DNA of 64,000 bases from Bacteroidales bacterium (lineage in GTDB: Bacteria; Bacteroidota; Bacteroidia; Bacteroidales; UBA932): assembly GCA_017443845.1 (NCBI GenBank), contig JAFSXX010000048.1:5823-69822 (forward strand), read 5' to 3'. Within the stretch, counting starts at the first letter, position 1; every line of letters begins with the position of its first letter. The notes below the pieces were generated by a model. The model was not told where the DNA came from. It did not search any database and saw only the letters and a program-made list of their open reading frames with translations. A program made the position numbers and the translations under genes. Below are positions 54,192 through 64,000 of the stretch, piece by piece.

Positions 54192-56198
54192 TCAGAGAGC
54201 CGGTTCCTCCGTTGCGGGCTCCGCTGCCGGTTCGGCCGCGGCATCGACAGCTGCGGGCTCTTCGGTAATGACCTCCTCGATCACCACTTCCTCTACGTGA
54301 GGCTTCTGCCAGGGCAGGCGCTTGTTGCAGATCCAGAAGGCGGCGATGGCGAGGACCAGCAGGATAAGGCACCAGCGGAGGATATGCCTCCAGAGAGGAG
54401 TCTTCTTGCGGAAAGGATCCTTGCCCTTGACCTTGGGATACTTGGCGAGATGAGTGAGGGTGGAGCCGAACTGGGTGTTGACCAGGACGCGGGAGTTGAT
54501 GGCCCATCCGTTGGCGTTGAGCACCGGAGCGAGGTTGCGCTTGCGGAGTTTGAGCCATGCCAGGAGCATCGAAGGACCGGAGATGAGCAGGATGATGGCT
54601 GCGATGAGGACGAATATTCCCCACCAGGGCATCTTGATGATACTGTCGAGGAGACCTACGACAGCGTCGAGGATGAAGCCCAATGCCATGCCGATGGCTG
54701 CGAAGATGCCGGCGAACTTGGCGATGTCGAAGGCCTGCTTCTTGGCAGCGCCCTCGTCGGGGAGTTTTGCTCCGTCAGCTTTGGCTACCAGATCCTGCGT
54801 GGCCTTGTTGTCGCGGTCCTCTGCACTCTTGTTGAGCTTGTCGGTGCACCACTTGGCGAATTTGCGATAAGGGGACCAGAAGGCCTGCGGCACGCTGATG
54901 GGGTTGTCCACGATCTTGGTGACGGTGGCGTCCCAGTCGTGTCCGTCGCGGTCGTAGAAGATGGCGTTCTGGCCTACGCTCAGGCTGCGGGTGTTGCCCT
55001 CGGTGACTATGCCTGCGATATCCATCTCCTTTCCGAGAACCTTGGAGACGCAGTGGCAGTAGAGGATGAACATTCCGCTCTTGGCGGCCATATCGCCGTG
55101 GCGTCCCATATCGGTCACACGGACGCAGAGGTCGAGGCTGCGCTCGTCGATAAAGAGCTTGCCGGACTGGAATACTGCCAGGCGGGCTTCGTCGCGGGAA
55201 TAGAAATCGGAGAATGTGACGAAATTCTTGAGGAAGCGGAAGAAGTCGCGGTAGAGATGCAGGAACTTGTCCACTCCCTTGATGGTCTCGGCCTCGGCCT
55301 TCTGGCTCTCGAGGAACTCGTCCTCCTCCTTCTTGACCTCATCCTTCCAGGCGGTATAGGTCGCCAGTTTGGCCTGGACGGCCTGCCAGTCGGCATCGGT
55401 AAGGGTGGCGGCGCCGGGATAGTCCTTGTCGAAGGCGATGGCCTTCAGGCGGGCGAAATCGGCGGCCCAGGCTGGGTTGATGACCGCCGAGAGGGAGAGG
55501 GCCTGGTCGCCGCTGACGCGGGCGAGGGGATATGTGGCAATCTCGTCGATGCAACCGGGAAGCTCCTTGTCGCTGATGGCGCCGATGCGCTCGGCGGAGA
55601 CATCGAGGGCCGCGGTGCTCTCGCTGTCGAAAGCGGCCAGCTTGCTGCGCAGGAAGTAATCGTCGATCTTGGCTTTCAGCTTGCCGGCGAGGGCGAGCGC
55701 CTCTTCGGTGTCGGCGCCGTAGGGGAGGACATCCTCACCCGCCGCCTTGGCCTCGGCTGCCGCCTCGGCCAGTATTCCGAGGGCTTTTGCTGTGTCGGCC
55801 AGGGAGATCGATTCGTGCTCTTCGCCGAGGACCTTTGCGGCATTGGAGATGCCTTCGAGAAGCGCCTTGCCTGCATCGGAGTCGGGATTGATGGCGTCGG
55901 TGGAGATGAAATCCTCTCCGGCCAGTAGCGAGTCGGGGCTCTTGAGGGCGGCGACCAGCCACTTCGACGCTTCTATGACCTCGTTGACGTGGATGTGCCC
56001 GTCGTTATTGCTGTCGATGTACGCGAGAGTGGTTTCGTCGAACTCGAAACCCGTTGTGGGACAGCTAAGCGCGGTCCATAACTTCTGGTCCAGCTCGCCG
56101 AGGTGGGCGATGTCCTCGCCGGTCTCGATGTTGACTCTCGTGACCCCTCCGATCTTGCTGAATTTCCAGTTGTACTTGTTGGATTTTGTCTTGCTCAT
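54192..56198 (-). CDS. Hypothetical 668-aa protein: N-terminal canonical EF-hand loop, large Ala/Glu/Asp-rich soluble region, three C-terminal TM helices, acidic Pro-rich tail
   Basis: DSNNDGHIHVNE (nt 55980-56015) matches the EF-hand D-x-N-x-D-G-x-I-x-x-x-E loop. TM candidates are FAGIFAAIGMALGFILDAVVGLL, WWGIFVLIAAIILLISGPSMLLAWL and ILRWCLILLVLAIAAFWI. The start is set at MSKTKSNKYNW. Confidence 0.7.
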   Translation of the reverse strand: MSKTKSNKYNWKFSKIGGVTRVNIETGEDIAHLGELDQKLWTALSCPTTGFEFDETTLAYIDSNNDGHIHVNEVIEASKWLVAALKSPDSLLAGEDFISTDAINPDSDAGKALLEGISNAAKVLGEEHESISLADTAKALGILAEAAAEAKAAGEDVLPYGADTEEALALAGKLKAKIDDYFLRSKLAAFDSESTAALDVSAERIGAISDKELPGCIDEIATYPLARVSGDQALSLSAVINPAWAADFARLKAIAFDKDYPGAATLTDADWQAVQAKLATYTAWKDEVKKEEDEFLESQKAEAETIKGVDKFLHLYRDFFRFLKNFVTFSDFYSRDEARLAVFQSGKLFIDERSLDLCVRVTDMGRHGDMAAKSGMFILYCHCVSKVLGKEMDIAGIVTEGNTRSLSVGQNAIFYDRDGHDWDATVTKIVDNPISVPQAFWSPYRKFAKWCTDKLNKSAEDRDNKATQDLVAKADGAKLPDEGAAKKQAFDIAKFAGIFAAIGMALGFILDAVVGLLDSIIKMPWWGIFVLIAAIILLISGPSMLLAWLKLRKRNLAPVLNANGWAINSRVLVNTQFGSTLTHLAKYPKVKGKDPFRKKTPLWRHILRWCLILLVLAIAAFWICNKRLPWQKPHVEEVVIEEVITEEPAAVDAAAEPAAEPATEEPAL

Positions 56199-56314
56199 AG
56201 GATGAAGTATAAGTGCTGTGGATAATTTTTCAAATTTGTACAAATATACATTAAAAATCCAATAATTTAATACTAACTTTGCGTACCCGAAACAAGGTGG
56301 GTTTTTTATGTGAA

Positions 56315-57985
56315 ATGATTAAAATCCTGTGCAAGAACACCGGGACGGCGATGGAGTTCCAGGAAGGAATCTCGCTGCTCGAAGTTCTTCCTCATTTTGA
56401 CATTGAGAGTCCCTTTCCCATCATCTCCGCAAAGGTGAACAACGTTTCCCAGGGACTCAAATACAGGGCCTTCAACTCCAAGACGGTTGAGTTCCTGGAT
56501 TACACTTCATCGAGCGGCAAGCGGGTTTACTGCCGGTCCCTCTGTTTCCTGCTGGCAAAAGCGGCCGCGGATGCATTTCCAGGCAGCCGCATCTACATCG
56601 AGCACTCCATCTCCAACGGCTATTACTGCAACTTCCACAAGTCGGACGATTCCAGATTCACTCCCGACGACGTGGCGGCTATCCGCGCCCGGATGAAATC
56701 GCTCGTAAGCCGCAACATCCAGTTCCACAGGCTCGAGGTACCCATCGAGGAGGCGGTCCGCATCTTCAGGGAGCAGCACAGCCTCGACAAGGTCCGCCTG
56801 CTGGAGACCAGCGGCCAGCCCTATACCGACTATTACCTGCTCGACGGAATGGCCGACTACTACTACGGCCGCCTGGTGCCCTCGACCGGATACCTCAACG
56901 TGTGGGGGCTCGAGCCCTACCACAACGGAATGCTGCTGCGGGTTCCCGACAGGGACAACCCCAGTATGCTGGCACCCTTCGTGGACCAGCCCAAGACCTA
57001 TGAGATGTTCGCAGAGAACCTCCGCTGGAACATCATAATGAGGCTCAATACCGTCGGCGACCTCAACCATTCCCTCCAGGAAGGCAACGGCAGCGAGCTT
57101 ATTCAGGTGTCCGAGGCTCTGCAGGAGAAGAAGATAGTCCAGATCGCAGAGGAGATCGAGCGCCGTTACAACAGCGAAAAACCTCTTCGCCTGGTGCTTA
57201 TAACGGGCCCTTCGAGCAGCGGCAAGACCACATTCTGCAAGCGCCTCAGCGTCCAGCTGAAAGCCTGCGGGCTCAGGCCTCTGACAGTCTCGACCGACGA
57301 CTATTTCGTCAACCGGGTGGAGACCCCCAAACTCCCCGACGGCAGTTACGATTTCGATAATTTCGATACCGTCGACCACGACGCCCTGCAGGCCGACATC
57401 GTAAAGCTGCTCAATGGCGAGACGGTCCAGGTGCCGGAATACAACTTTGTTACAGGCATCCGGGAATACAACGGCAAGAAACTCTCCCTCAGGCCGGGAT
57501 GCGTCCTGCTGGTGGAGGGCATCCACGCGCTGAATCCGCGTCTTACCGACCAGATCCCCGAAGATTCGAAATACAGGATATTCATCTCCACGCTGACCAA
57601 TATAGCGCTCGACAACCACAACTGGGTGCCTACGAGCGACAACCGCCTCCTGCGCCGCATCGTGCGCGATTACAACAAGGGGGCCTTCACCGCCCGCGAG
57701 ACCATCAGCCAGTGGCCCAACGTGCGCAGGGCGGAGGAGAAGTGGATATATCCCTATCAGGAGAATGCCGACGTGATGTTCAACTCGGCCTATCTTGTTG
57801 AATTCGCGGTCCTGCGCAACCACGCGGAGCCGATTCTCGCGAGCGTTCCCAAGAACTGCCCCGAGTACAGCGAGGCACACCGCCTTCTCAAGTTCATTCA
57901 TTATTTCACTCCCGTCCCGGACAAGGAGATCCCCGCGACCTCCCTGCTCCGCGAATTTGTGGGCGGCAGCAGTTTCGGTATATAA
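56315..57985 (+). CDS. Nucleoside/uridine kinase-family protein with N-terminal TGS-like domain
   Basis: P-loop ITGPSSSGKTTF and PRK/uridine-kinase-like blocks (LLVEGIHALNP, RRIVRDYNKG). The N-terminus resembles the ThrRS TGS and second-additional domains. A TAACTTTG -7 box lies at 56274-56281. Confidence 0.65.
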   Translation: MIKILCKNTGTAMEFQEGISLLEVLPHFDIESPFPIISAKVNNVSQGLKYRAFNSKTVEFLDYTSSSGKRVYCRSLCFLLAKAAADAFPGSRIYIEHSISNGYYCNFHKSDDSRFTPDDVAAIRARMKSLVSRNIQFHRLEVPIEEAVRIFREQHSLDKVRLLETSGQPYTDYYLLDGMADYYYGRLVPSTGYLNVWGLEPYHNGMLLRVPDRDNPSMLAPFVDQPKTYEMFAENLRWNIIMRLNTVGDLNHSLQEGNGSELIQVSEALQEKKIVQIAEEIERRYNSEKPLRLVLITGPSSSGKTTFCKRLSVQLKACGLRPLTVSTDDYFVNRVETPKLPDGSYDFDNFDTVDHDALQADIVKLLNGETVQVPEYNFVTGIREYNGKKLSLRPGCVLLVEGIHALNPRLTDQIPEDSKYRIFISTLTNIALDNHNWVPTSDNRLLRRIVRDYNKGAFTARETISQWPNVRRAEEKWIYPYQENADVMFNSAYLVEFAVLRNHAEPILASVPKNCPEYSEAHRLLKFIHYFTPVPDKEIPATSLLREFVGGSSFGI

Positions 57986-57988
57986 TAA

Positions 57989-59383
57989 ATGCAAGAAAAC
58001 GATCTGATCATCAAATTGGAGCACCTCTCGAAGGAGTTTGACGGTGTCAAAGTCCTCGACGACGTGAGCCTCGACATCAAGAAAGGTGAGTTCGTCACCT
58101 TCCTCGGTCCCTCCGGCTGCGGCAAGACTACCACCTTGCGCATCATCGCCGGTTTTACCAAGCCTGACGCGGGCAGCGTCATAATGGAGGGAAAGGACAT
58201 CTCCGAAGTCCCTCCTTACCGCCGTCCGCTCAATACGGTGTTCCAGCGCTACGCGCTCTTCCCGCACCTTGACGTCTACGACAACGTCGCTTTCGGTCTC
58301 AAACTTCAGAAAGTTCCTGAAGATGAGATCGAAAAGCGTGTTAAGAGGGTCCTCAAGCTCGTCAGTATGTCCGATTATGAGGACCGCGACGTGGAGTCCC
58401 TCTCCGGCGGACAGCAGCAGAGGGTGGCCATCGCACGCGCGCTGATCAACCAGCCCAAGGTGCTGCTTCTCGACGAGCCCCTCGCGGCGCTCGACCTCAA
58501 GATGCGCAAGGATATGCAGATAGAGCTCAAGGAGATGCACAAGAAACTGGGCATCACCTTCATCTATGTGACCCACGACCAGGAGGAGGCCCTTACGCTC
58601 TCGGATACCATAGTGGTTATGAACGAGGGCCGCATCCAGCAGATCGGCACCCCCATAGATATCTACAACGAGCCGGTCAACTGCTTCGTGGCCGATTTTA
58701 TCGGCGAGAGCAACATCCTCAAAGGCAGGATGATACGCGACCGCCGCGTGGCTTTCATCAAGCACGAATTCGACTGCGTGGACGAAGGCTTCGGCGAGGA
58801 TGTCAAGGTCGATGTCGTAGTGCGTCCCGAAGACATCTATTTCACCACCGATCCGGCGAAGTGCCAGTTCAAGGCCAAGGTCAATTCCTGCACCTTCAAG
58901 GGTGTCCACTACGAGATGTGGGTCGATACCGATACGGGCTATGAGCTTATGATCCAGGATTACGACCCTTATCCGGTCGGCAGCGAGGTGATGCTCTACA
59001 TCGACCCGGACGACATCCAGGTTATGAAGAAAGAGCGCGAGTTCAACTCCTTCGCCGCAAAGGTGAAAGGCGAGGGCAGGGTGGAGTTCCTCGACACCGA
59101 ATTCGAGTGCGATACCCAGGGCTTCGAGGAAGGGGAGCAGGCCCAGGCCGTCATCCGCTTCGAGAAGGTGGACCTTCTCGACCACGAGGAGGATGCGGAC
59201 CTCACCGGCAACGTGGAGTTCATACTCTATATGGGCGACCACTATCACCTGACCATCAAGACCGATGCGGGCGAGAATATCTGGGTCGATACCAACGACA
59301 TCTGGGACAAAGGCGACTTTGTCGGCATCAAGATACTTCCCGGAGACATAACTCTCCACAAAGTCGCTTCAGGAAATGAATAA
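57989..59383 (+). CDS. potA: Spermidine/putrescine ABC transporter ATP-binding protein
   Basis: GPSGCGKTT Walker [27 protein letters not shown] and a C-terminal TOBE-like extension. First gene of the potABCD-like operon. Confidence 0.9.
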   Translation: MQENDLIIKLEHLSKEFDGVKVLDDVSLDIKKGEFVTFLGPSGCGKTTTLRIIAGFTKPDAGSVIMEGKDISEVPPYRRPLNTVFQRYALFPHLDVYDNVAFGLKLQKVPEDEIEKRVKRVLKLVSMSDYEDRDVESLSGGQQQRVAIARALINQPKVLLLDEPLAALDLKMRKDMQIELKEMHKKLGITFIYVTHDQEEALTLSDTIVVMNEGRIQQIGTPIDIYNEPVNCFVADFIGESNILKGRMIRDRRVAFIKHEFDCVDEGFGEDVKVDVVVRPEDIYFTTDPAKCQFKAKVNSCTFKGVHYEMWVDTDTGYELMIQDYDPYPVGSEVMLYIDPDDIQVMKKEREFNSFAAKVKGEGRVEFLDTEFECDTQGFEEGEQAQAVIRFEKVDLLDHEEDADLTGNVEFILYMGDHYHLTIKTDAGENIWVDTNDIWDKGDFVGIKILPGDITLHKVASGNE

Positions 59384-60149
59384 GAGATCGAGCTGGGCGC
59401 TGCCTTACTTCATATTCCTGGTGCTCTTCGTGGTGCTGCCGCTGCTGCTGATCCTGATGTATTCGCTTCAGGACGCTTCAGGCAATTTCACTCTCTCCAA
59501 CATCACGAAGTTCTTCACCGACAAGGACGCCCTGGGCACTTTCGCACTCTCCATCGAGGTGGCTATCGAGAATACCCTGCTGTGTATCCTCATCGGCTAT
59601 CCGGCCGCCTGGATCCTGGCCGACAACAAGCTGAACAGGAGCGCGGTAACGGTAGTGCTGTTCATCCTCCCGATGTGGATCAACGCCCTTATGAGGACCC
59701 TCGCCACCGCCGAGCTTTTCAATATGGCCGGCATCCAGCTGGGCAAGGGGACGCTGCTCTTCGGTATGTGCTACGACTATCTTCCCTTTATGATATACCC
59801 GATCTACAATCAGCTCAAGAAGATGGATAAATCCTACGCAGAGGCGGCGCAGGACCTCGGCGCGACCCCTTCGGAGGTCTTCCGCAAGGTGACCCTGCCG
59901 CTCTCGATGCCGGGAGTCTGGAGCGGAGTGATGATGGTCTTTATGCCCACCGTCTCCACCTTTGCCATCTCGGAGTTCCTGACCAACAACAAGATCAAAC
60001 TCTTCGGTACCATCATTCAGGAGAACATCAACAATTCAATGTGGAACTACGGCGCCGCCCTCTCGCTCATCATGCTCGTGATAATCGGCATAACGACTAT
60101 GTTGCAGGGAGGCGAAAAACGGGCTGAAGCCGAAGGAGGGCTTATCTGA
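59376..60149 (+). CDS. potB: Spermidine/putrescine ABC transporter permease
   Basis: Six-TM permease with the EAA loop ([23 protein letters not shown]). Overlaps potA by 8 nt. Confidence 0.88.
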   Translation: MNKRSSWALPYFIFLVLFVVLPLLLILMYSLQDASGNFTLSNITKFFTDKDALGTFALSIEVAIENTLLCILIGYPAAWILADNKLNRSAVTVVLFILPMWINALMRTLATAELFNMAGIQLGKGTLLFGMCYDYLPFMIYPIYNQLKKMDKSYAEAAQDLGATPSEVFRKVTLPLSMPGVWSGVMMVFMPTVSTFAISEFLTNNKIKLFGTIIQENINNSMWNYGAALSLIMLVIIGITTMLQGGEKRAEAEGGLI

Positions 60150-60958
60150 TGAGAACATCGACCAAAGTCTTCGCAAAGGTTTACCTGTGGGTCCTTTTGC
60201 TGGTGCTATACGCGCCGATAGCCTTCATAGTGGTCTTCTCCTTTACCGAGGCCAAATCGCTCGGTAACTGGACCGGCTTCTCGACGGCACTCTACCAGAA
60301 TCTTTTCAACGGCAGCATGCAGAACTCCTCTGGACTTCTTGCGGCTGTCAAGAATACCCTGCTCATAGCGCTTGCGGCTTCCGTGGTCGCCACCATACTC
60401 GGCACCATCGCGGCCATCGGAATCTACCACCTGCACGGCCGCAAGAAGAATGTGATGACATTCCTCAACAATATCCCGATGATCAACCCCGATATCATCA
60501 CTGGTGTCTCGCTCTTTTTGCTCTTCGTGTTCCTCGGCATCTCGCAGGGTTATATGACCGTGATACTGGCCCATATCACATTCTGCACCCCTTATGTGGT
60601 GCTCAATGTGATGCCCAAGCTGCAGCAGATGAATCCCAATATCTACGAGGCGGCCCTCGATTTGGGCGCGACCCCGGCGCAGGCGCTCCGCAAAGTGCTC
60701 GTCCCGGCCCTCAGGCCCGGTATGATCTCGGGCTTCATACTCTCGTTCACAATGAGCCTCGACGATTTCGCGGTAACCTTCTTCACCCGCGGAACCATCG
60801 GCCTCGACACCCTCTCGACATATATCTATGCCGATGCCCGCAAGGGCGGCCTTACCCCGGAGCTCAAGCCGCTGATGAGCATCATATTCCTCATCATCCT
60901 GATAGTGCTTCTGGTCATCAATATCCGTCAATCCAAACAACAATCTGATAAACATTAA
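60149..60958 (+). CDS. potC: Spermidine/putrescine ABC transporter permease
   Basis: Six-TM permease with the EAA loop (IYEAALDLGATPAQALRKVLVP). Its ATG shares one nucleotide (60149) with the potB TGA stop (TGATG). Confidence 0.88.
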   Translation: MRTSTKVFAKVYLWVLLLVLYAPIAFIVVFSFTEAKSLGNWTGFSTALYQNLFNGSMQNSSGLLAAVKNTLLIALAASVVATILGTIAAIGIYHLHGRKKNVMTFLNNIPMINPDIITGVSLFLLFVFLGISQGYMTVILAHITFCTPYVVLNVMPKLQQMNPNIYEAALDLGATPAQALRKVLVPALRPGMISGFILSFTMSLDDFAVTFFTRGTIGLDTLSTYIYADARKGGLTPELKPLMSIIFLIILIVLLVINIRQSKQQSDKH

Positions 60959-60959
60959 A

Positions 60960-62246
60960 ATGAAGAAACTTCTGATTCTTGCCGCCGTAGCTGCGGCATT
61001 GGTCTCGTGCGGAACCAACCGTGACGAGGTTCTCAAGGTTTACAACTGGTCGGACTATATCGACGAGAGCGTCTTGCCCGAATTCGAAGCCTGGTACAAG
61101 GCCCAGACAGGGGAGGATATAAAAGTCGTATATCAGACATTCGATGTAAACGAGACGATGCTTTCCAAGATCGAGAAGGGACACGAGGATTACGATGTCG
61201 TCTGCCCCTCCGACTACATCATCGAGAGGATGCTCAACAGCGGTCTGCTGCTCCCGCTCGATTTCGCATCGATTCCCGACGAGATCAACTACATCAATCT
61301 CAACAAGTCGCCGTACATCAAGGGCGTCTTCGACGAGATCAATCCCGAAATCAATGCCAACGACTACTCCGTGGCATATATGTGGGGAACCAGCGGAATC
61401 ATCTACAATACCGAGAAAGTGACTCCCGAGGAGGCCGGTACCTGGGACATCATCCGCAATCCCAAGTTCTCGGGCCAGATCCTCATCAAGGATGCGCCCC
61501 GCGACGTTTACGGCCCCGTGCTGATCTATCTCAAGCAGAAGGAGCTCAAGGAGGGGACAGTCACTCTCGCTGAACTTATGCACGACTCTTCCGACGAGTC
61601 GCTCGCAGCTGTCGAGGCATATCTCAAGGAGGTCAAGGACGGCGTCCTGGGCTGGGAGGCCGATTTCGGCAAGGACCAGATGACCAAGGGCCGCGGCGTG
61701 GTTTCGCTCAACTGGAGCGGCGATGCCGTATGGGCTATCGAAGAGGCTGCAGAGGTTGGCGTCTCGCTGGATTACATCGTTCCCGAGGAGGGCAGCAATG
61801 TCTGGTTCGACGGATGGGTGATCCCCAAGTATGCCAAGAACGTCAAGGCAGCGACCTACTTCATCGACTTTATGTGCCGCCCCGACATCGCCATCCGCAA
61901 TATGGACGGAACCGGCTATGTCTCGGCCAACGGCTCGATGGAGGTGCTTGAATCGCAGATCGACGAGGAATACGACCCCATCGACCTGAGCTACTTCTTC
62001 CCGGGTGCCGACAGCGTCCGCGTCAATCCCGTCCTCTATCCCGACAAGGCTGTCATCGACCGCTGCGCGCTGGAGCACGACTGGGGTGCAGATACCGACA
62101 AACTGCTCGCAATGTGGTCGAGGGTCAAGGGCGACAACGCTTCGGGCCTGACCTATATCGTCATTCTTCTGGCAGTTGCAGCGATCGCCGGCGTGGCAAT
62201 TTACAACAACTCCCGCAAGAAGCGCCGTCACAAGAAGAGCCGTTAA
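60960..62246 (+). CDS. potD: Spermidine/putrescine-binding protein (PotD-like) with N-terminal lipobox and an extra C-terminal TM anchor
   Basis: Lipobox AALVSC. VYNWSDYIDESVLPEFE and PSDYIIERM are PotD/PotF-like. The C-terminus GLTYIVILLAVAAIAGVAIYNNSRKKRRHKKSR is a TM helix plus basic tail. Confidence 0.85.
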   Translation: MKKLLILAAVAAALVSCGTNRDEVLKVYNWSDYIDESVLPEFEAWYKAQTGEDIKVVYQTFDVNETMLSKIEKGHEDYDVVCPSDYIIERMLNSGLLLPLDFASIPDEINYINLNKSPYIKGVFDEINPEINANDYSVAYMWGTSGIIYNTEKVTPEEAGTWDIIRNPKFSGQILIKDAPRDVYGPVLIYLKQKELKEGTVTLAELMHDSSDESLAAVEAYLKEVKDGVLGWEADFGKDQMTKGRGVVSLNWSGDAVWAIEEAAEVGVSLDYIVPEEGSNVWFDGWVIPKYAKNVKAATYFIDFMCRPDIAIRNMDGTGYVSANGSMEVLESQIDEEYDPIDLSYFFPGADSVRVNPVLYPDKAVIDRCALEHDWGADTDKLLAMWSRVKGDNASGLTYIVILLAVAAIAGVAIYNNSRKKRRHKKSR

Positions 62247-62254
62247 TCCCCGCG

Positions 62255-63472
62255 ATGAAATCGATCAAAGGAATCTACAAGATAGGCCGCGGCCCCTCGA
62301 GCAGTCATACGATGGGGCCGCAGAAGGCCGCCGGAATATTTGCGCAGCGTCATCCCGACGCTGCGTCTTTTGAGGTGACCCTCTACGGAAGCCTCGCCGC
62401 CACGGGAAAGGGACACATGACGGATGTCGCGATAACCGACGTGCTTTCGCCTCTTGCTCCCGTCACAATCGTCTGGCACTCCGACATCTTCCTGCCGTTC
62501 CACCCGAACGGAATGAAGTTCGTGAGCTTCGACGCTTCGCACAAAGTGACGGATGAGTGGACGGTTTACAGCGTAGGTGGAGGCGACATTTCCGAGGAGA
62601 CAGGCGGCGTCATAGGAAACGAAGGGGAGGATATCTATGAACTCGGAACCATCTCCGAGATCCTCGCGTGGTGTATGAAATACGGCAAGTCTTTCTGGGA
62701 GTTCGTCATCGAACGGGAGGAGTCCGACCTGATGGATTACCTCTCCGTGGTATGGAAGACGATGAAAGCCTCGGTGGAGCGCGGCCTCGAAGAGGAGGGA
62801 GTCCTGCCCGGACCCCTTCACCTTCCCAGGAAGGCGGCCCGCTATTTCATCAAATCCAGCGCCTATACGCCCAACCTCCAGAACCGCGGCCTGGTCTATG
62901 CCTACGCCCTTGCTGTCAGCGAGGAGAATGCCTCGGGCGGCACCATCGTCACGGCTCCCACCTGCGGCTCGAGCGGTGTTGTTCCGGCTGTGCTCTACCA
63001 TCAGTGGAAGAGCCGCAATTTCAGCGACAAACGCATATTCCACGCCCTGGCCACCGCCGGCATATTCGGCAACGTGGTCAAGCGTAACGCCTCTGTTTCG
63101 GGAGCCGACGTGGGATGCCAGGGAGAGGTCGGAGTGGCCTGCGCGATGGCTTCGGCCGCTACCTGCCAGCTATTCGCCGGAACCCCGACGCAGATTGAGT
63201 ATGCCGCCGAAATGGGTCTCGAGCACCACCTCGGAATGACCTGCGACCCGATGTGCGGCCTGGTCCAGATCCCCTGCATCGAACGCAATGCCTTCGCGGC
63301 TGCCCGCGCTCTGGATGCCAATGTGTTCGCTACGATCTCGGACGGCAACCACAGGGTCTCTTTCGACTCGGTCGTAGAGGTTATGAAGCAGACGGGACAC
63401 GATCTGCCTTCGCTCTACAAGGAGACCAGCCAGGGAGGCCTGGCCCGGGAATTCGAGGAGGAAGAGAAGTAA
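62255..63472 (+). CDS. sdaA: L-serine ammonia-lyase (iron-sulfur dependent, single chain)
   Basis: IGRGPSSSHTMGP motif, APTCGSSGVVPAV and GAEVGCQGEVGVACAMAS-type blocks. The start is set at MKSIKGIYK (62255). Confidence 0.9.
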   Translation: MKSIKGIYKIGRGPSSSHTMGPQKAAGIFAQRHPDAASFEVTLYGSLAATGKGHMTDVAITDVLSPLAPVTIVWHSDIFLPFHPNGMKFVSFDASHKVTDEWTVYSVGGGDISEETGGVIGNEGEDIYELGTISEILAWCMKYGKSFWEFVIEREESDLMDYLSVVWKTMKASVERGLEEEGVLPGPLHLPRKAARYFIKSSAYTPNLQNRGLVYAYALAVSEENASGGTIVTAPTCGSSGVVPAVLYHQWKSRNFSDKRIFHALATAGIFGNVVKRNASVSGADVGCQGEVGVACAMASAATCQLFAGTPTQIEYAAEMGLEHHLGMTCDPMCGLVQIPCIERNAFAAARALDANVFATISDGNHRVSFDSVVEVMKQTGHDLPSLYKETSQGGLAREFEEEEK

Positions 63473-63477
63473 GGGGA

Positions 63478-64000
63478 TCAGTATTTGAACTGATATACGA
63501 GCCTCGCAATGATGTAACTGTTGACGCCGTTGTATGTCACGATGGCGCGCCTCTCGGAGGAGAAGTTACGGGTCATGCTGGGCAATTGATGAAGAAGGTC
63601 ACTCGCCTCTACACGGAGGGTGAGCTTCTTTTTTATAAGGGTCTGCGAGAGCGATGCGTTCAGTACGTAGTAGTCGCGGTTGAACGATGCGTAGTTGTAA
63701 CCGCGCTGCGCGATGGTGTAGAAGGTGGTCGTCAGGCGCATCTTCCAGGGGAATACCACCAGGGAGGTTAGTCCCGCCCTGAGGGTGTAGGGGCGCTGGT
63801 TCATCTCCGGACGCAGGAGCGAGCGCTCATCGGTGCCGTCGGCCGTGAGGTTGAGCGTGAGCTCGATCCATCCGCGGCGGAAATTGCAGTCGAACGATTG
63901 CTTGAGCATCAGGCGGGTTGCTACATTTATCTCGTCTTCCTTGAGCTTGCTGTTGTAGAGATAGGCCACATTGTTGTTATACTGGCTGCTCAGGTGCTCG
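63478..64000 (-). CDS. Outer-membrane beta-barrel protein (TonB-dependent receptor-like C-terminus); 5' part lies beyond the window
   Basis: It ends with ...YIIARLVYQFKY, an aromatic-terminal OMP signature. The frame stays open upstream of the listed GTG to the window edge. Confidence 0.55.
   Translation of the reverse strand, partial: EHLSSQYNNNVAYLYNSKLKEDEINVATRLMLKQSFDCNFRRGWIELTLNLTADGTDERSLLRPEMNQRPYTLRAGLTSLVVFPWKMRLTTTFYTIAQRGYNYASFNRDYYVLNASLSQTLIKKKLTLRVEASDLLHQLPSMTRNFSSERRAIVTYNGVNSYIIARLVYQFKY

Noticed and set aside
54189-55928. 579-aa ORF on the plus strand
   Set aside because: It is fully antisense to the EF-hand membrane protein gene. Its composition is dominated by Gly/Ala/Asp/Glu/Leu, as expected from the reverse complement of a GC-rich gene, and it has no motifs. 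I treat it as a shadow ORF.
56507-59359. 950-aa ORF on the minus strand
   Set aside because: It is antisense across two unrelated, well-supported genes (the nucleoside kinase and potA) and their intergenic spacer. A real gene would not span both, and it has no recognisable domains.

Overview
The window reads as a chromosomal segment of a high-GC Bacteroidota genome. Bacteroidales, Rikenellaceae/Alistipes-like, is an inference from TAnnTTTG-type promoters, many Cys-lipoproteins, and BACON, FISUMP and SLBB domains. I call 54 protein-coding genes, 2 tRNAs (Arg-ACG, Val-TAC), several intrinsic terminators and a set of structured intergenic repeats. Two of the genes are short ORFs below the 60-aa cutoff of the supplied ORF track, and two are cut by the window edges. 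Most content is housekeeping: grpE-dnaJ, rplS, two phosphofructokinase paralogs, valS-tatA-tatC-ABC-F-rlmB, cinA-pyrD, queA, htpG, potABCD and sdaA. There is one ~14 kb Wzx/GT/YfhO/Wzi/Wza/Wzz exopolysaccharide locus (23.3-37.5 kb). I see no rRNA, CRISPR array, transposase, integrase, phage module or recognisable defence or toxin gene cluster. Many long ORFs in the track are antisense or alternate-frame shadows typical of GC-rich DNA. The things most worth a second look are listed here. (1) A family of GC-rich long-hairpin intergenic elements. Two copies (16.4 kb and 53.1 kb) share a 116-nt core, 88% identical over the 120 aligned nt that include 2 nt of each stem, with no indels. Each core is clamped by unrelated near-perfect 28-38 bp stems, and one base-pair change is compensatory. 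(2) Two weakly similar sORFs with Shine-Dalgarno-like leaders next to large lipoprotein genes. (3) A 668-aa EF-hand membrane protein of unknown function. (4) A composite motif at identical spacing upstream of both chaperone operons. (5) A 530-bp AT-rich intergenic region packed with TTGTAAAC motifs. (6) A lower-GC islet next to tRNA-Arg. None of these is a demonstrated novel system. All are hypotheses that need database or comparative checks I cannot run here.
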